Source: a virus. From it: DNA of 64,000 bases. The notes under the pieces were generated by a model. It made no database searches. It worked only from the letters and a program-made list of their open reading frames with translations, and was not told where the DNA came from. The position numbers and the translations under genes are program-made. The stretch lies in IMG/VR virus record IMGVR_UViG_3300017971_000020; one strand, given 5' to 3'. This document shows positions 9,679-18,057 of this stretch, piece by piece; within the stretch, counting starts at the first letter, position 1, and each line of letters begins with the position of its first letter.

Positions 9679-9928
9679 AATCTTTGACCACACGGGTGAA
9701 TTCGTAGGCGGTAATGACGACCGTCCAACACAGACACAGATCAAGTTACGGTATAACCCCGAAAATGGAATCCTTTCGATTGAATTATCGGAGGAAACCA
9801 AGTCAATAGGAATGTCTGTAGCAGGTGCATTGCAGTTTTCCCATGCCCTTATGGGGCTATGCATTCAAATCATTTCAGAACCACCGGATGACTGCGAGCC
9901 TGCAGGCCCGGGCATTTTGGGGGTATAA
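9668..9928 (+). CDS. hypothetical protein
   Basis: ATG 9668 is preceded by AGGAGA. The ORF-track alternative start at 9629 would overlap the previous gene by 50 nt. Confidence 0.4.
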   Translation: MRNRIFDHTGEFVGGNDDRPTQTQIKLRYNPENGILSIELSEETKSIGMSVAGALQFSHALMGLCIQIISEPPDDCEPAGPGILGV

Positions 9929-9930
9929 CC

Positions 9931-10023
9931 ATGTTGGTGTATTTCGTTGGTGTGTCGTGCTTCACCGTAGGCGTTTGCTTTGGTTTCTGGCTTGAAGGCC
10001 AATACAGGAAAAACTCTGGTTAA
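9931..10023 (+). CDS. possible 30-aa hydrophobic peptide (MLVYFVGVSCFTVGVCFGFWLEGQYRKNSG)
   Basis: Hand-translated ORF below the track cutoff. It has a single predicted TM segment and its stop lies immediately before the hairpin at 10025-10071. The RBS is weak. Confidence 0.25.
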   Translation: MLVYFVGVSCFTVGVCFGFWLEGQYRKNSG

Positions 10024-10024
10024 A

Positions 10025-10071
10025 CTGCCGGCGTGGATTACTTGCTTGCCCGAGATGATTCACGCCGGCAG
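10025..10071 (+). terminator. 11-bp perfect-stem hairpin (ctgccggcgtg/cacgccggcag) with a 25-nt loop
   Basis: Read directly from the sequence. No T-run follows, so intrinsic-terminator function is doubtful. Confidence 0.3.
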
Positions 10072-10117
10072 ATATGCAAGACATGAAAAATAAGATTTTT
10101 CTTCACTTCTTTTCAAA

Positions 10118-10142
10118 GGCCCTTCGAGTACACCGGAGGGCC
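10118..10142 (+). terminator. hairpin GGCCCTTCG-7nt-CGGAGGGCC followed by ATTTTATT
   Basis: 9-bp stem with one mismatch, followed by a T-rich tail. Confidence 0.35.
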
Positions 10143-10191
10143 ATTTTATTGCAAATTCGGTTGTTGTTGTTCTTGTTTTTCTTTACCTCAG

Positions 10192-10222
10192 CCCCCCAGG
10201 TGCGTTGCCTGGGGGGTTTTTC
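10192..10222 (+). terminator. rho-independent terminator
   Basis: CCCCCCAGG (10192-10200), a 7-nt loop, CCTGGGGGG (10208-10216), then TTTTT (10217-10221). Confidence 0.65.
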
Positions 10223-10243
10223 TAATTTTAATCTAAATAGGAT

Positions 10244-10282
10244 TTGACATATACCCGGCTATCTATATACTGCAGATAGCCG
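10244..10282 (+). promoter_or_regulatory. sigma70-like promoter overlapped by a 9-bp perfect inverted-repeat operator
   Basis: TTGACA 10244-10249, 16-nt spacer, TATACT 10266-10271. The inverted repeat CGGCTATCT (10256-10264) / AGATAGCCG (10274-10282) brackets the -10 element. Two RHH genes follow. Confidence 0.5.
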
Positions 10283-10369
10283 TTAAGAAAGACCAGGCCC
10301 TCGGGAGGTTTTTCGAATCACCCGAATCTTTCTCCTTACCTTCTGAGGGCCGCACTTTTGGAGACATAA

Positions 10370-10624
10370 ATGCGGAGTCATGAAACCGTTAAGACGTGTC
10401 AGTTTTGCGGAAAAGAAATCAAGGGCTGTGGACCCCACGCAAGCCACGAGCGTAAGTGTCAAGAAGAAGGAAACGAAGGAACCACAGCTTTATATCATAT
10501 TGTCCTACCCGCCGAGCTGCACCGCGACTTTCAAGTCCTATGTAAGCTCAAAGGAGAGACGCAGAAGCAGGCTGTGATTCGATTAATACAACAGGAGATA
10601 GCATGCGAAAATCACAAACAATAA
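10370..10624 (+). CDS. zinc-finger plus ribbon-helix-helix (Arc/CopG-like) DNA-binding protein
   Basis: N-terminal 'CQFCG...H..H..C'. The C-terminal 'YHIVLPAELHRDFQVLCKLKGETQKQAVIRLIQQEI' has the beta-strand/helix/helix pattern of RHH repressors. Confidence 0.6.
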   Translation: MRSHETVKTCQFCGKEIKGCGPHASHERKCQEEGNEGTTALYHIVLPAELHRDFQVLCKLKGETQKQAVIRLIQQEIACENHKQ

Positions 10625-10767
10625 AGCAGATAGAAAAAGTGCGTACGCAGTTCCGCCTACCGAAATTACTCCGGCAAGAATTCGGGTCTGTGTGTTACAA
10701 GAAGCAAATCAAAGAGTCTGAGGTTGTCGCGAATCTAATTCGTGCCTGGCTCGCATACCACGGATAG
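10603..10767 (+). CDS. small ribbon-helix-helix protein (54 aa, absent from the ORF track)
   Basis: Hand translation: MRKSQTIKQIEKVRTQFRLPKLLRQEFGSVCYKKQIKESEVVANLIRAWLAYHG. AGGAG lies 5 nt upstream of ATG 10603. The RHH pattern parallels the C-terminus of the preceding gene. Confidence 0.5.
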   Translation: MRKSQTIKQIEKVRTQFRLPKLLRQEFGSVCYKKQIKESEVVANLIRAWLAYHG

Positions 10768-10774
10768 AACCACA

Positions 10775-11221
10775 ATGGATAAAGACTATGACCCCGAGGT
10801 TTACGTAAAGCTCAAGCTCAGTTCATGGGTCAATGTGCTACACGTTTTGGGCGAAGTGGGCCTTGGGAAGATGTCCAAGGAAAGGGACGAAGTCTATAAA
10901 CAGCAATATGGACAGTTCTTTTCAATAGGGGGGTTCTGGTCACAGATCCAGCACATAGAAGCGCAGGTCGACTACGCAGCAATTGTCCACAAGGTTAGCC
11001 TAAAGGATAGTTATACGATCGAAGCGCATGACCCACTACTTGACGAAGTCTGCCCGGTATGCGGCGAGGCTTTTGACCTTGGAGAAAAAGTAAAGCTATA
11101 CGAAGAAACGCCACTATCAAGCGAAGATCTCGAAAATAAGAAAATAGGAAAAGCGTATAAGGCCTTCGAAATGGTAATCCACGAAGGCTGCAACCCTGGG
11201 ACGAAGTTCGTCAGAAAGTAG
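10775..11221 (+). CDS. hypothetical protein
   Basis: ATG 10775 lies just after the stop of the small RHH ORF. The track's GTG 10742 would overlap that ORF. Contains 'CPVCG...HEGC'. Confidence 0.55.
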   Translation: MDKDYDPEVYVKLKLSSWVNVLHVLGEVGLGKMSKERDEVYKQQYGQFFSIGGFWSQIQHIEAQVDYAAIVHKVSLKDSYTIEAHDPLLDEVCPVCGEAFDLGEKVKLYEETPLSSEDLENKKIGKAYKAFEMVIHEGCNPGTKFVRK

Positions 11222-11234
11222 AAAGGAAAGAACT

Positions 11235-11504
11235 ATGCCAAGAGTGAGAACGCGAACCGAACAGTTGACCATTTCGTTTGAAATGAACTACAACAACCTC
11301 GACAGGTTGACACAGCTTCTGTGGAAGGCTGCAGGCTATGTCAGGGATCTGGAGACAAATTTGTCAACGATTCCTGGGGTACGACAGGTTAGTGTCTTGC
11401 CAGGGCCCGCAACACATGGTCGGGCTGCGCAAGAAGAACTTGCAGACCGGATTTCTGAACGTCTCGAGTTGGCCGAAGCGGAGCTGGAGGCGGAAAATGA
11501 ATAG
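11235..11504 (+). CDS. hypothetical protein
   Basis: 89-aa ORF with an acidic helical C-terminus. No motif recognised. Confidence 0.5.
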   Translation: MPRVRTRTEQLTISFEMNYNNLDRLTQLLWKAAGYVRDLETNLSTIPGVRQVSVLPGPATHGRAAQEELADRISERLELAEAELEAENE

Positions 11505-11724
11505 CATGATTACCGAGCTAAAAAAGGCTGAAAGCGAAGAAGGCCGTAGATTCCTACTACAGGCTTGGCACAAATTCTTTCGCGAAAACCGCGACGTTTT
11601 GCCAGCGTCAAACACCGAGTGCGGTGACATTAACATCATGCGCAATGCGCTATTCTTCGCGTTTATCGCTGGGTATAAGGTCGGACGTGAACACGAAGCC
11701 GAGCTGTGGGAAGGAAGTGCATAA
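11497..11724 (+). CDS. hypothetical protein
   Basis: ATG 11497 overlaps the end of the previous gene. The portion upstream of this ATG in the 11338 ORF looks like out-of-frame read-through. Confidence 0.5.
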   Translation: MNSMITELKKAESEEGRRFLLQAWHKFFRENRDVLPASNTECGDINIMRNALFFAFIAGYKVGREHEAELWEGSA

Positions 11725-11858
11725 TGATCAAACTGAAACCGCATTGCAAATACTGTGGGAAGACAAGGATGGAACTAAGAAAAATAGGCGCCGATCTGAT
11801 CTGGCGTAAACTCGGGGCCTCGATATGTACCGACTGTTGGGCAAAGGAGCAAAAGTAA
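11724..11858 (+). CDS. 44-aa four-cysteine zinc-ribbon protein (absent from the ORF track)
   Basis: Hand translation: MIKLKPHCKYCGKTRMELRKIGADLIWRKLGASICTDCWAKEQK (CxxC...CxxC). TAATG start/stop overlaps occur at both ends (11722-11726 and 11856-11860). Confidence 0.45.
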   Translation: MIKLKPHCKYCGKTRMELRKIGADLIWRKLGASICTDCWAKEQK

Positions 11859-12457
11859 TGGAAATCCAGACCTACGAAATAGAAGAACAAGTCGGCGAGG
11901 TTGCCGGGACTACGCAGGAGATCGAAGCTGAAGCTGTGGCCATGATTGAAGAACTTGGCCTTACGGGGCAATCGCAGCTTATCACACAGGCCGAAGAAGA
12001 TATTGACGAAGACGGCGTAGGCGTGCGTATCCCCTACCCAAAAATGAGCCCGGCCGAAGTTGCTATCTATGAAACGCTGTTCCCCGTAAAAGACCCCGTG
12101 CACAAGTATAGTGCAACGATCATACCCATACGCGTCATGCAGGTAATCCAGCATGCTAAGGGGCTTTTTAAGGGCCTGTTCATATGGCATGACAAGGTGA
12201 TGAATCCCGATCCCGTACTGGTTGGGACAAGGGCCAAGCCTGAAGGGCAGTACGGTGATGACTATTACCTTCTTGCACGCTGGGGCGATGCGTTGGTGGG
12301 AATCACTGAACTAAAAAAGACCGCAGAAAAGGCTTTGACGGAAGACTGGAGGCGAAAGATAGAAAAGAAGAAGCTTGAAGTTGCCCAGTTCGAAGCGGCG
12401 TTGCCGGTTCATGTGGCGACGAAGTTGAATGGGGAGTGGGTACCTACCCCGTTCTAA
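11858..12457 (+). CDS. hypothetical protein
   Basis: 199 aa from ATG 11858 (TAATG coupling). No motif recognised. Confidence 0.6.
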   Translation: MEIQTYEIEEQVGEVAGTTQEIEAEAVAMIEELGLTGQSQLITQAEEDIDEDGVGVRIPYPKMSPAEVAIYETLFPVKDPVHKYSATIIPIRVMQVIQHAKGLFKGLFIWHDKVMNPDPVLVGTRAKPEGQYGDDYYLLARWGDALVGITELKKTAEKALTEDWRRKIEKKKLEVAQFEAALPVHVATKLNGEWVPTPF

Positions 12458-12474
12458 AGAAAGTGGAGAGAAGA

Positions 12475-13458
12475 ATGAAGAGATTGGTTTTGATCCTCGT
12501 TTTGTTTGTGTCGCATCTTGTCCATGGTGCGACGTGAGGGGGCAACACTTGTGTAGTGAGTCAGGCTGGCTCGCTTCAAACATTTTTTGCCCCAAGCTCC
12601 TTTTCTAAAAGTGGTGGGAGAGAGAGCCACGTGTCTATTATATATATGCGTGAAAAGCGTAATAAAGGCTGGTATGGTTCAGACACGTGGCACTCTCCTA
12701 ACCACGAAACGGTCGAAATAAGTCAAACCCTATTGTCGTTTGAGCACCAAATGCCAAACATATGGCCCTATGACGTACCCTGGAGTCTATCCTTCACGGC
12801 ACCTTATATGGAGATTGTCCACGAATATGCAGACCAACCAGACCGGGTTACAAGCGGCATAGGCGACGTTATCGTGTCGGGAAACTGGTTTATCATAGGC
12901 AAGCCACCGGAACACGCAGATATGGAAGCCTGGCTCCGGCTGCCGTCATACAGCCTGATATTAAGCGGGGGGCTGTCTTTGCCCACGGGAAGCATTGAAC
13001 GAATACCGGAATTCACCGAAAGCACAAACACAGAAACCTTTATTCCATTGGGCGCCGGCGTAGTTAGGCCAATGATCGGCATTCACGCAATGATCGACTG
13101 GGGTGGCTTGGTAGGGCACCTTCAATTTTCAAAGGTTGCTACAGTGAAGCCTAACCGATATGGCTATGAACCCGGTGACAATACGACTTACAGGGTGGGC
13201 TTAGGCGCACGGGTGCAAGAAGACGTGCAGGTCGGCTTAATGCTTGATATGTCGCACTTACAAACAGACAAGGTCAACGGAAGAAAGCTGGCAAGGGGTG
13301 GTGGCTGGCGCTGCGCTGTTCAGCCACAAATGCAATGGAGACCTTCGCCAGATTACACAATATACGGCGCGGTAAACGTACCGTTTTACCATTCGTATGA
13401 TTTTCCAACACTGGATAGTAGGTGCCGGCTGGAGATCGGCATTAGGTTTAATTTCTGA
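12475..13458 (+). pseudogene. outer-membrane beta-barrel protein gene (MetA/'transporter' PF13557-like) with an in-frame TGA right after the signal peptide
   Basis: GGAGAG RBS, then ATG 12475 encoding MKRLVLILVLFVSHLVHGAT, then TGA 12535-12537. The same frame then stays open to 13458. The body contains 'GIGDV' and 'LPTG' and ends '...RLEIGIRFNF' (C-terminal Phe, an OMP signature). The track ORF 12556-13458 lacks a signal peptide. Confidence 0.5.
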
Positions 13459-13538
13459 GTTTTTGCAGCAAGCGTAATTCCAAGAATCAATTCCGAGGCG
13501 TGTTGTAAAAGCGTTTTATGTAACAGAAGGAGGCGGAT

Positions 13539-14498
13539 ATGCCACCAGAATTGATCAAAGTTAAACATCAGCTGTTGACAAAGAATTTAGCCAAACGAAT
13601 GTTGCGGCTGAAGACCTTTGCGGGAGACCGGATTTATCGGAAGGCCAGAAAGGAATTCCTTCTGGAGGAAATGAACCAGGGGAATTTCACATCTACGCGG
13701 TTTGGGATACTGGTTTTCAGAGGGGACGACTGGCGTGGAAACGGAAGGCATACATCAGAAGCCTTTTTAGACGATAGATGTAATCCACCAAACGACATCA
13801 TCGTTACCGTTGAACGCTGGAAGGCCGAGACCATCAAAGACTTCTCTATTTTCTTTGAGAGCTTTGATCAACAGACTAGTGTTCGAGCGTTTGTGGATTG
13901 TGCAAAAGCCAGGGCGGCGACACATCCTCGATTAACGAACATCTCCCGAAATGGGCTAAGTAGGGGGATCGCTGGTCTGCATATGTTTTACACCAGGCAT
14001 CCAAACCTGAGCTTTTGCAGGCTATTTGGGAAAACAAAAACGCAGAAAAGTCACCCTACCAAATTCTCGCAGCTGTGCCGGCTAGAAATGATTGCGAAAG
14101 AAGTAGACGCGTTGTTGTTCTTTGATCGCATTCTCGCGTCATCCCCGAAGTTTATGAATAACCAAGCAATATACTGGGCGATGGTTACGTGTTACAAAGC
14201 CTTCCCCGAGGAGGCTGAGTTGTTCTGGCTGTCTGTACGAGATGGGGCTTGCTTAAAGCCAGATTCTCCAGAGCTAGTTCTCCGGAACTTCCTAATCGAT
14301 GATACCTACCGAAGTTATCGACGGGATCCACAGTCACGAAAAATTCACCATAATCGTATGGTTTGGTTGTGGTATGCCTTTCTTGAACGGAGAAAGGTTC
14401 GCAAGCTTCGCATGCCGAAGAAGTACGAAGAGTGTATTTTGTCAGGTGATCCTAGCGTAAAGGCAATTATTCCAAAGAGGGCAAAAAACAAAATGTAA
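13539..14498 (+). CDS. hypothetical protein
   Basis: 319-aa ORF with GGAGG upstream of its ATG. No family recognised. Confidence 0.6.
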   Translation: MPPELIKVKHQLLTKNLAKRMLRLKTFAGDRIYRKARKEFLLEEMNQGNFTSTRFGILVFRGDDWRGNGRHTSEAFLDDRCNPPNDIIVTVERWKAETIKDFSIFFESFDQQTSVRAFVDCAKARAATHPRLTNISRNGLSRGIAGLHMFYTRHPNLSFCRLFGKTKTQKSHPTKFSQLCRLEMIAKEVDALLFFDRILASSPKFMNNQAIYWAMVTCYKAFPEEAELFWLSVRDGACLKPDSPELVLRNFLIDDTYRSYRRDPQSRKIHHNRMVWLWYAFLERRKVRKLRMPKKYEECILSGDPSVKAIIPKRAKNKM

Positions 14499-14513
14499 GA
14501 AAGGAGATGCATC

Positions 14514-15662
14514 TTGCTACAGGAAGAACAGAAAAGCGTAATTTTGGCTCCTGTGAGGGAGTTAAACCGTAAATTCACAATGACGCCGACGGCCCTTATT
14601 TTCAATGAACCTCCAACCGTACAAGAGTGGCAAGACATTCTTGTGTTTGCAAGCAAAGCGTCTTCCTGCAGCCAGTGGGCTGTGGGGGACGCTCTTGTTT
14701 ATGGGTATAAGCGGTTTGAGCGTGGGCAGTATGAGGAGGCGATGGCGGTTACCGGATTGGAGAAACAGACGTTAAGGGTGCTCAAGAACACTTCAGCAAG
14801 TGTTGAACCGTTGATTCGAATCAACGACTTGAGCTTTTTACATCATCGCCTCGTAGCGCCCATGGGGGCCGTTGATCAAAAATACTGGCTGGGACGGGCG
14901 GCTGAGGGTGATTATGACGAGAAGGCGGGCTGTAACAAGATGTGGACGGTTGCTCGACTGCGGCGCGAGATCCGGCTTGCGAAGGAAAAAGAAGAAGCAG
15001 TTGATGTTCTGTACGAACCCCAAATATCGCAGATGTCATATGAGGTATGGTTGCCACAGCAGCCCGCATGCGACATTCTTCTTACCGATCCTCCATACTC
15101 TACGGAAATCAAGGACATCGATGCTTTTGCAAATACGTGGTTGCCCGTTGCCGCAGAACGGGTGAAAACAACAGGGCGCATTTATGTCTTCACGGGAGCG
15201 TATTCAAAAGAGCTGCGGGCTTATATAGAGGCCTTCGAAAAACATGTACTGCCGTTAGGCTTTTCTGTCCCGCAGGTATTGGTTTGGACGTGCGAGAACA
15301 CGCTGGGCCCCTCCCCAAAAATGAACTATAAGCTCAATTGGCAAGCTGTGTTTTATTCCCACGGACCCGATGCGGAACCATTAAACTGCGAAAGATTGCT
15401 AGAGCAGCTTTCCGTACAGAAGATCAACGCCCCAGACGGGAGGCAGGGTGATCGATTTCATGCCTGGCAGAAGCCTATAGATCTTGCCTGTCGTTTTGTA
15501 AAACATAGCGCAAAGGAGGGGGATGTCCTCCTGGACCCTTTCGCGGGAACCGGCACACACTTGCTGGCAGGGGCGCGAGGGGGACTAAGGGCGTTTGGTT
15601 GTGATGAAAGTCGCGCAATGATAGATATTTCTGTGCAGCGCGGTTGTAGCGAAATAGGGTAA
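14514..15662 (+). CDS. site-specific DNA methyltransferase (beta-class N6-adenine or N4-cytosine) with an N-terminal helical domain
   Basis: 'LLTDPPYS' (motif IV) precedes 'LLDPFAGTGTHLLAG' (motif I, FxGxG). AAGGAG lies 6 nt upstream of the TTG start. Confidence 0.8.
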   Translation: MLQEEQKSVILAPVRELNRKFTMTPTALIFNEPPTVQEWQDILVFASKASSCSQWAVGDALVYGYKRFERGQYEEAMAVTGLEKQTLRVLKNTSASVEPLIRINDLSFLHHRLVAPMGAVDQKYWLGRAAEGDYDEKAGCNKMWTVARLRREIRLAKEKEEAVDVLYEPQISQMSYEVWLPQQPACDILLTDPPYSTEIKDIDAFANTWLPVAAERVKTTGRIYVFTGAYSKELRAYIEAFEKHVLPLGFSVPQVLVWTCENTLGPSPKMNYKLNWQAVFYSHGPDAEPLNCERLLEQLSVQKINAPDGRQGDRFHAWQKPIDLACRFVKHSAKEGDVLLDPFAGTGTHLLAGARGGLRAFGCDESRAMIDISVQRGCSEIG

Positions 15663-15681
15663 CACAAAAAATGGAGGTGAT

Positions 15682-15918
15682 ATGTGTAAAGCCAATAACC
15701 TGGACAGACTGATCGCGGAGGGGATAAAGAGCCAGAATCACAGTTTTGAATACAATATCGCCAAGAGACGATTTGAAGACGCTCGGCGACTACTCGAAGA
15801 GGTATGGGCAGAGCATGAGGACGATATAGGGCTTTGTCGCGATATGGATGGGGCAGTTATCCCGCGCGTGTTAATAGACAGGATCGAGGAGTTCTTGGAC
15901 AGGACACCAAAACAATGA
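15682..15918 (+). CDS. hypothetical protein
   Basis: 78-aa ORF. Its stop overlaps the next start (ATGA at 15915-15918). Confidence 0.45.
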   Translation: MCKANNLDRLIAEGIKSQNHSFEYNIAKRRFEDARRLLEEVWAEHEDDIGLCRDMDGAVIPRVLIDRIEEFLDRTPKQ

Positions 15919-16241
15919 ATAAAGAACACGGCGAAGCTGTATCCGTTGCAATTGTGCGAATGGCAAGCCTAATCTCCGAAATTGTCGACGGTATGGAGGA
16001 TATGCTTGTCGCGGAGCCAAGTACTTTATCGCTTACCAATAACATGCACGAAACCATGCACTGGATAGAACACGCTTTACGGGCACGTGATTACCCCCGA
16101 GCGGTAAACTGCGTTCGTGCCCTGGTAAAGCAATCGCTGATTTTTATCTACAAAAATGAAAGGAAAGAAGATGACAGAAGAAAAGCTAGTGAAGGACAAA
16201 CTGAAGCACTCAACAATCGTAAAAACCATGAACCGGGTTGA
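15915..16241 (+). CDS. hypothetical protein
   Basis: 108 aa from ATG 15915. No motif recognised. Confidence 0.5.
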   Translation: MNKEHGEAVSVAIVRMASLISEIVDGMEDMLVAEPSTLSLTNNMHETMHWIEHALRARDYPRAVNCVRALVKQSLIFIYKNERKEDDRRKASEGQTEALNNRKNHEPG

Positions 16242-16431
16242 TTTCATTAAAGACGGAATTGCCATAGCAATCTGCTTCCTTGGCTTTGTCACCCTGTTCA
16301 TGTCAATCCTCTATGGCAATATATACGTACGTGTCCCGGCGATAGCGTTCGCTGGGGCAACGGCTGTGGGGATTTACGTAAGTCGTCGTCTTAACCGGTA
16401 CACAGATCGACTATGGCGGGAGAGGGAATAA
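16156..16431 (+). CDS. small membrane protein with two predicted TM helices (start uncertain: 16156, 16171 or 16228)
   Basis: 'GIAIAICFLGFVTLFMSILYG' and 'VPAIAFAGATAVGIYV' are hydrophobic spans. Confidence 0.5.
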   Translation: MKGKKMTEEKLVKDKLKHSTIVKTMNRVDFIKDGIAIAICFLGFVTLFMSILYGNIYVRVPAIAFAGATAVGIYVSRRLNRYTDRLWRERE

Positions 16432-16730
16432 TGTTTTTCGTACAAACCCTAAAATGTAGCATTGTTGACGTATCTAATGGAAGTATCGAAATCCGGAAAT
16501 CCCCTGACCCGGAGGGTAGCTATTACTGGCTAATCTATCAGCCTCATAACCACACACACACCTATATGCTGGTACTGGCATCCGGTACTAATGAAGAAAT
16601 GTCTATGCTGGCTATAGAACTATTTAACGCCATGAAAAAGCCACACGAGCAGGGATTTGTGATACCTGATTTTACTGACTATAGCGAAAGAAGAGCGAAG
16701 GAGGAATCATGCGAAGAATCGCAATCGTAA
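16431..16730 (+). CDS. hypothetical protein
   Basis: ATG 16431 overlaps the previous stop (TAATG). Confidence 0.5.
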   Translation: MFFVQTLKCSIVDVSNGSIEIRKSPDPEGSYYWLIYQPHNHTHTYMLVLASGTNEEMSMLAIELFNAMKKPHEQGFVIPDFTDYSERRAKEESCEESQS

Positions 16731-16927
16731 CACTATGTTTACTGTGTGGGTGCATAGGGTACCAGAACAAGACAAGGGCCTATGTCTACACACCTATGGG
16801 GGAGAAGTCCTACCGCAATGTTGAAGTCACACAGCTTCACGCAGGACGAATACAGTTCTGGGCAAATGGACGAATTGTGTTTATCCAGGGGGATGCGATC
16901 ATTGAGATTGAAAGGGAGGGGGATTAA
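16709..16927 (+). CDS. small putative lipoprotein
   Basis: 'MRRIAIVTLCLLCGCIGY' has a positive n-region, a hydrophobic core and an L-C-G-C lipobox-like site. Confidence 0.5.
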   Translation: MRRIAIVTLCLLCGCIGYQNKTRAYVYTPMGEKSYRNVEVTQLHAGRIQFWANGRIVFIQGDAIIEIEREGD

Positions 16928-17490
16928 TGCCAAACATATGTAAAATCTATCTACGTGGGTCAACGTTTCCACACAAAGACGCGATCAAGGCCTACGAATA
17001 CGGGGGTGAACGGCTATTCTCCTGGGATAAGAACGCCAGGGAGTGGCATGCAAAAGTCGTCGAACGTGACGTGCCACGCATACGCAAAGAAATAAACTCC
17101 ATCGCACAGGGGGTCAGCGTGCTAATTGATCCCAATAGTATTACGGGGGTAGAAGGGAAAGACGACAAGGCGCCTTCCCCATATATGCTTCCCAAGGAAA
17201 TCAGGCGAAATTCCCACGTCCGTGTCGTTGTCCTATTTCACGACCAAGACACCAGCAAAATTACAACCATACCGAAGCCAAACACCGAGGACGACTACTT
17301 GCGCTTCGCTAATGTCAAAGACAATACCTGGGAAGTATTTGTCCCATTTGAAGAAGCTGAATCAACGTTGGCAATTGTTGAACACACCCACATGAAGGCC
17401 GAATGCTTCGTTTGTTATGCCTTCGGCACTCACATGGCCCGTATCGATCAGGAACTTGAACCCATACCGGAAGAAGAAATTCCTTTTTGA
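16927..17490 (+). CDS. hypothetical protein
   Basis: 187-aa ORF whose start overlaps the previous stop (TAATG). Confidence 0.55.
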   Translation: MPNICKIYLRGSTFPHKDAIKAYEYGGERLFSWDKNAREWHAKVVERDVPRIRKEINSIAQGVSVLIDPNSITGVEGKDDKAPSPYMLPKEIRRNSHVRVVVLFHDQDTSKITTIPKPNTEDDYLRFANVKDNTWEVFVPFEEAESTLAIVEHTHMKAECFVCYAFGTHMARIDQELEPIPEEEIPF

Positions 17491-17623
17491 TAACGTAAGA
17501 AAGCGAGTATACTTCTATAGACGCTTTTCTTCGTCTTCCTCACGTGCTGGGGAGGCATAGATTTCCTTTCTGGGGCCCGGGTGTCATATCCAGCATCCGG
17601 GCCTTTTACCCAGGGAGATAAAA

Positions 17624-17833
17624 ATGCGTTACCTGTTTCCTTTTTTGCTTTTTTCCTTCATGGCCACCGTTTGTATCTTCTTCTTTGTTGTCACGGGGGG
17701 CTGGATCCTCGGCTATACGGTTTTGGGGTACGCCGTAGAGACGTGGTCAGCGGAGCACTTTGGCTTTATAGCCCTTTTTTGGATTGGCCTTATTGTTATC
17801 TCGACAGCATTCACTGATATGCACGGAGATTAA
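17624..17833 (+). CDS. small membrane protein with 2-3 TM helices
   Basis: 69 aa, almost entirely hydrophobic ('LFPFLLFSFMATVCIFFFVV', 'FGFIALFWIGLIVISTAF'). Confidence 0.5.
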   Translation: MRYLFPFLLFSFMATVCIFFFVVTGGWILGYTVLGYAVETWSAEHFGFIALFWIGLIVISTAFTDMHGD

Positions 17834-17834
17834 A

Positions 17835-18038
17835 ATGAATAGCCTACGACAAACACTACATTCGTCACAAATCGCCATGACCCTGGCTGCTGTGTTCTTC
17901 GTCTTAGTATTTGTCACCCTGCGTCAGAACTTCATGGCCTGCCTTGTTGCGGCAAGCATTGTAACCACTACAGCAATCGTCAGCGTGATATCCATTGCCA
18001 TAGCCGCCTTACATACTTATCGGAGGTCCAAAGACTAA
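17835..18038 (+). CDS. small membrane protein with 2 TM helices
   Basis: ATG 17835. 'IAMTLAAVFFVLVFVTL' and 'LVAASIVTTTAIVSVISIAIAAL'. Confidence 0.5.
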   Translation: MNSLRQTLHSSQIAMTLAAVFFVLVFVTLRQNFMACLVAASIVTTTAIVSVISIAIAALHTYRRSKD

Positions 18039-18057
18039 AACACGGAAGGAAAGAAGA

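Noticed and set aside
10083-10223. ~46-codon ORF (MKNKIFLHFFSKALRVHRRAILLQ...) spanning the terminator hairpins.
   Set aside because: It has no RBS, runs through two stem-loops and a T-rich tract, and its composition is typical of translated non-coding DNA.
9930-10370. tRNA or small-RNA genes in the larger intergenic gaps (also 21468-21644, 36980-37136, 45224-45317 and 51871-52074).
   Set aside because: I found no cloverleaf-compatible arrangement (acceptor stem with T-loop GTTCRANNC) by eye. The hairpins present are better explained as terminators or operators. A tRNAscan/Infernal run would be needed to be certain.
12535-12537. Genome-wide TGA reassignment (code 4/25) as the explanation for the in-frame TGA in the OMP gene.
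   Set aside because: Many well-supported genes here end at TGA, often in ATGA/GTGA start-stop overlaps (e.g. 238-240, 9068-9070, 31587-31589, 44238-44240). No other gene needs TGA read-through to be complete.
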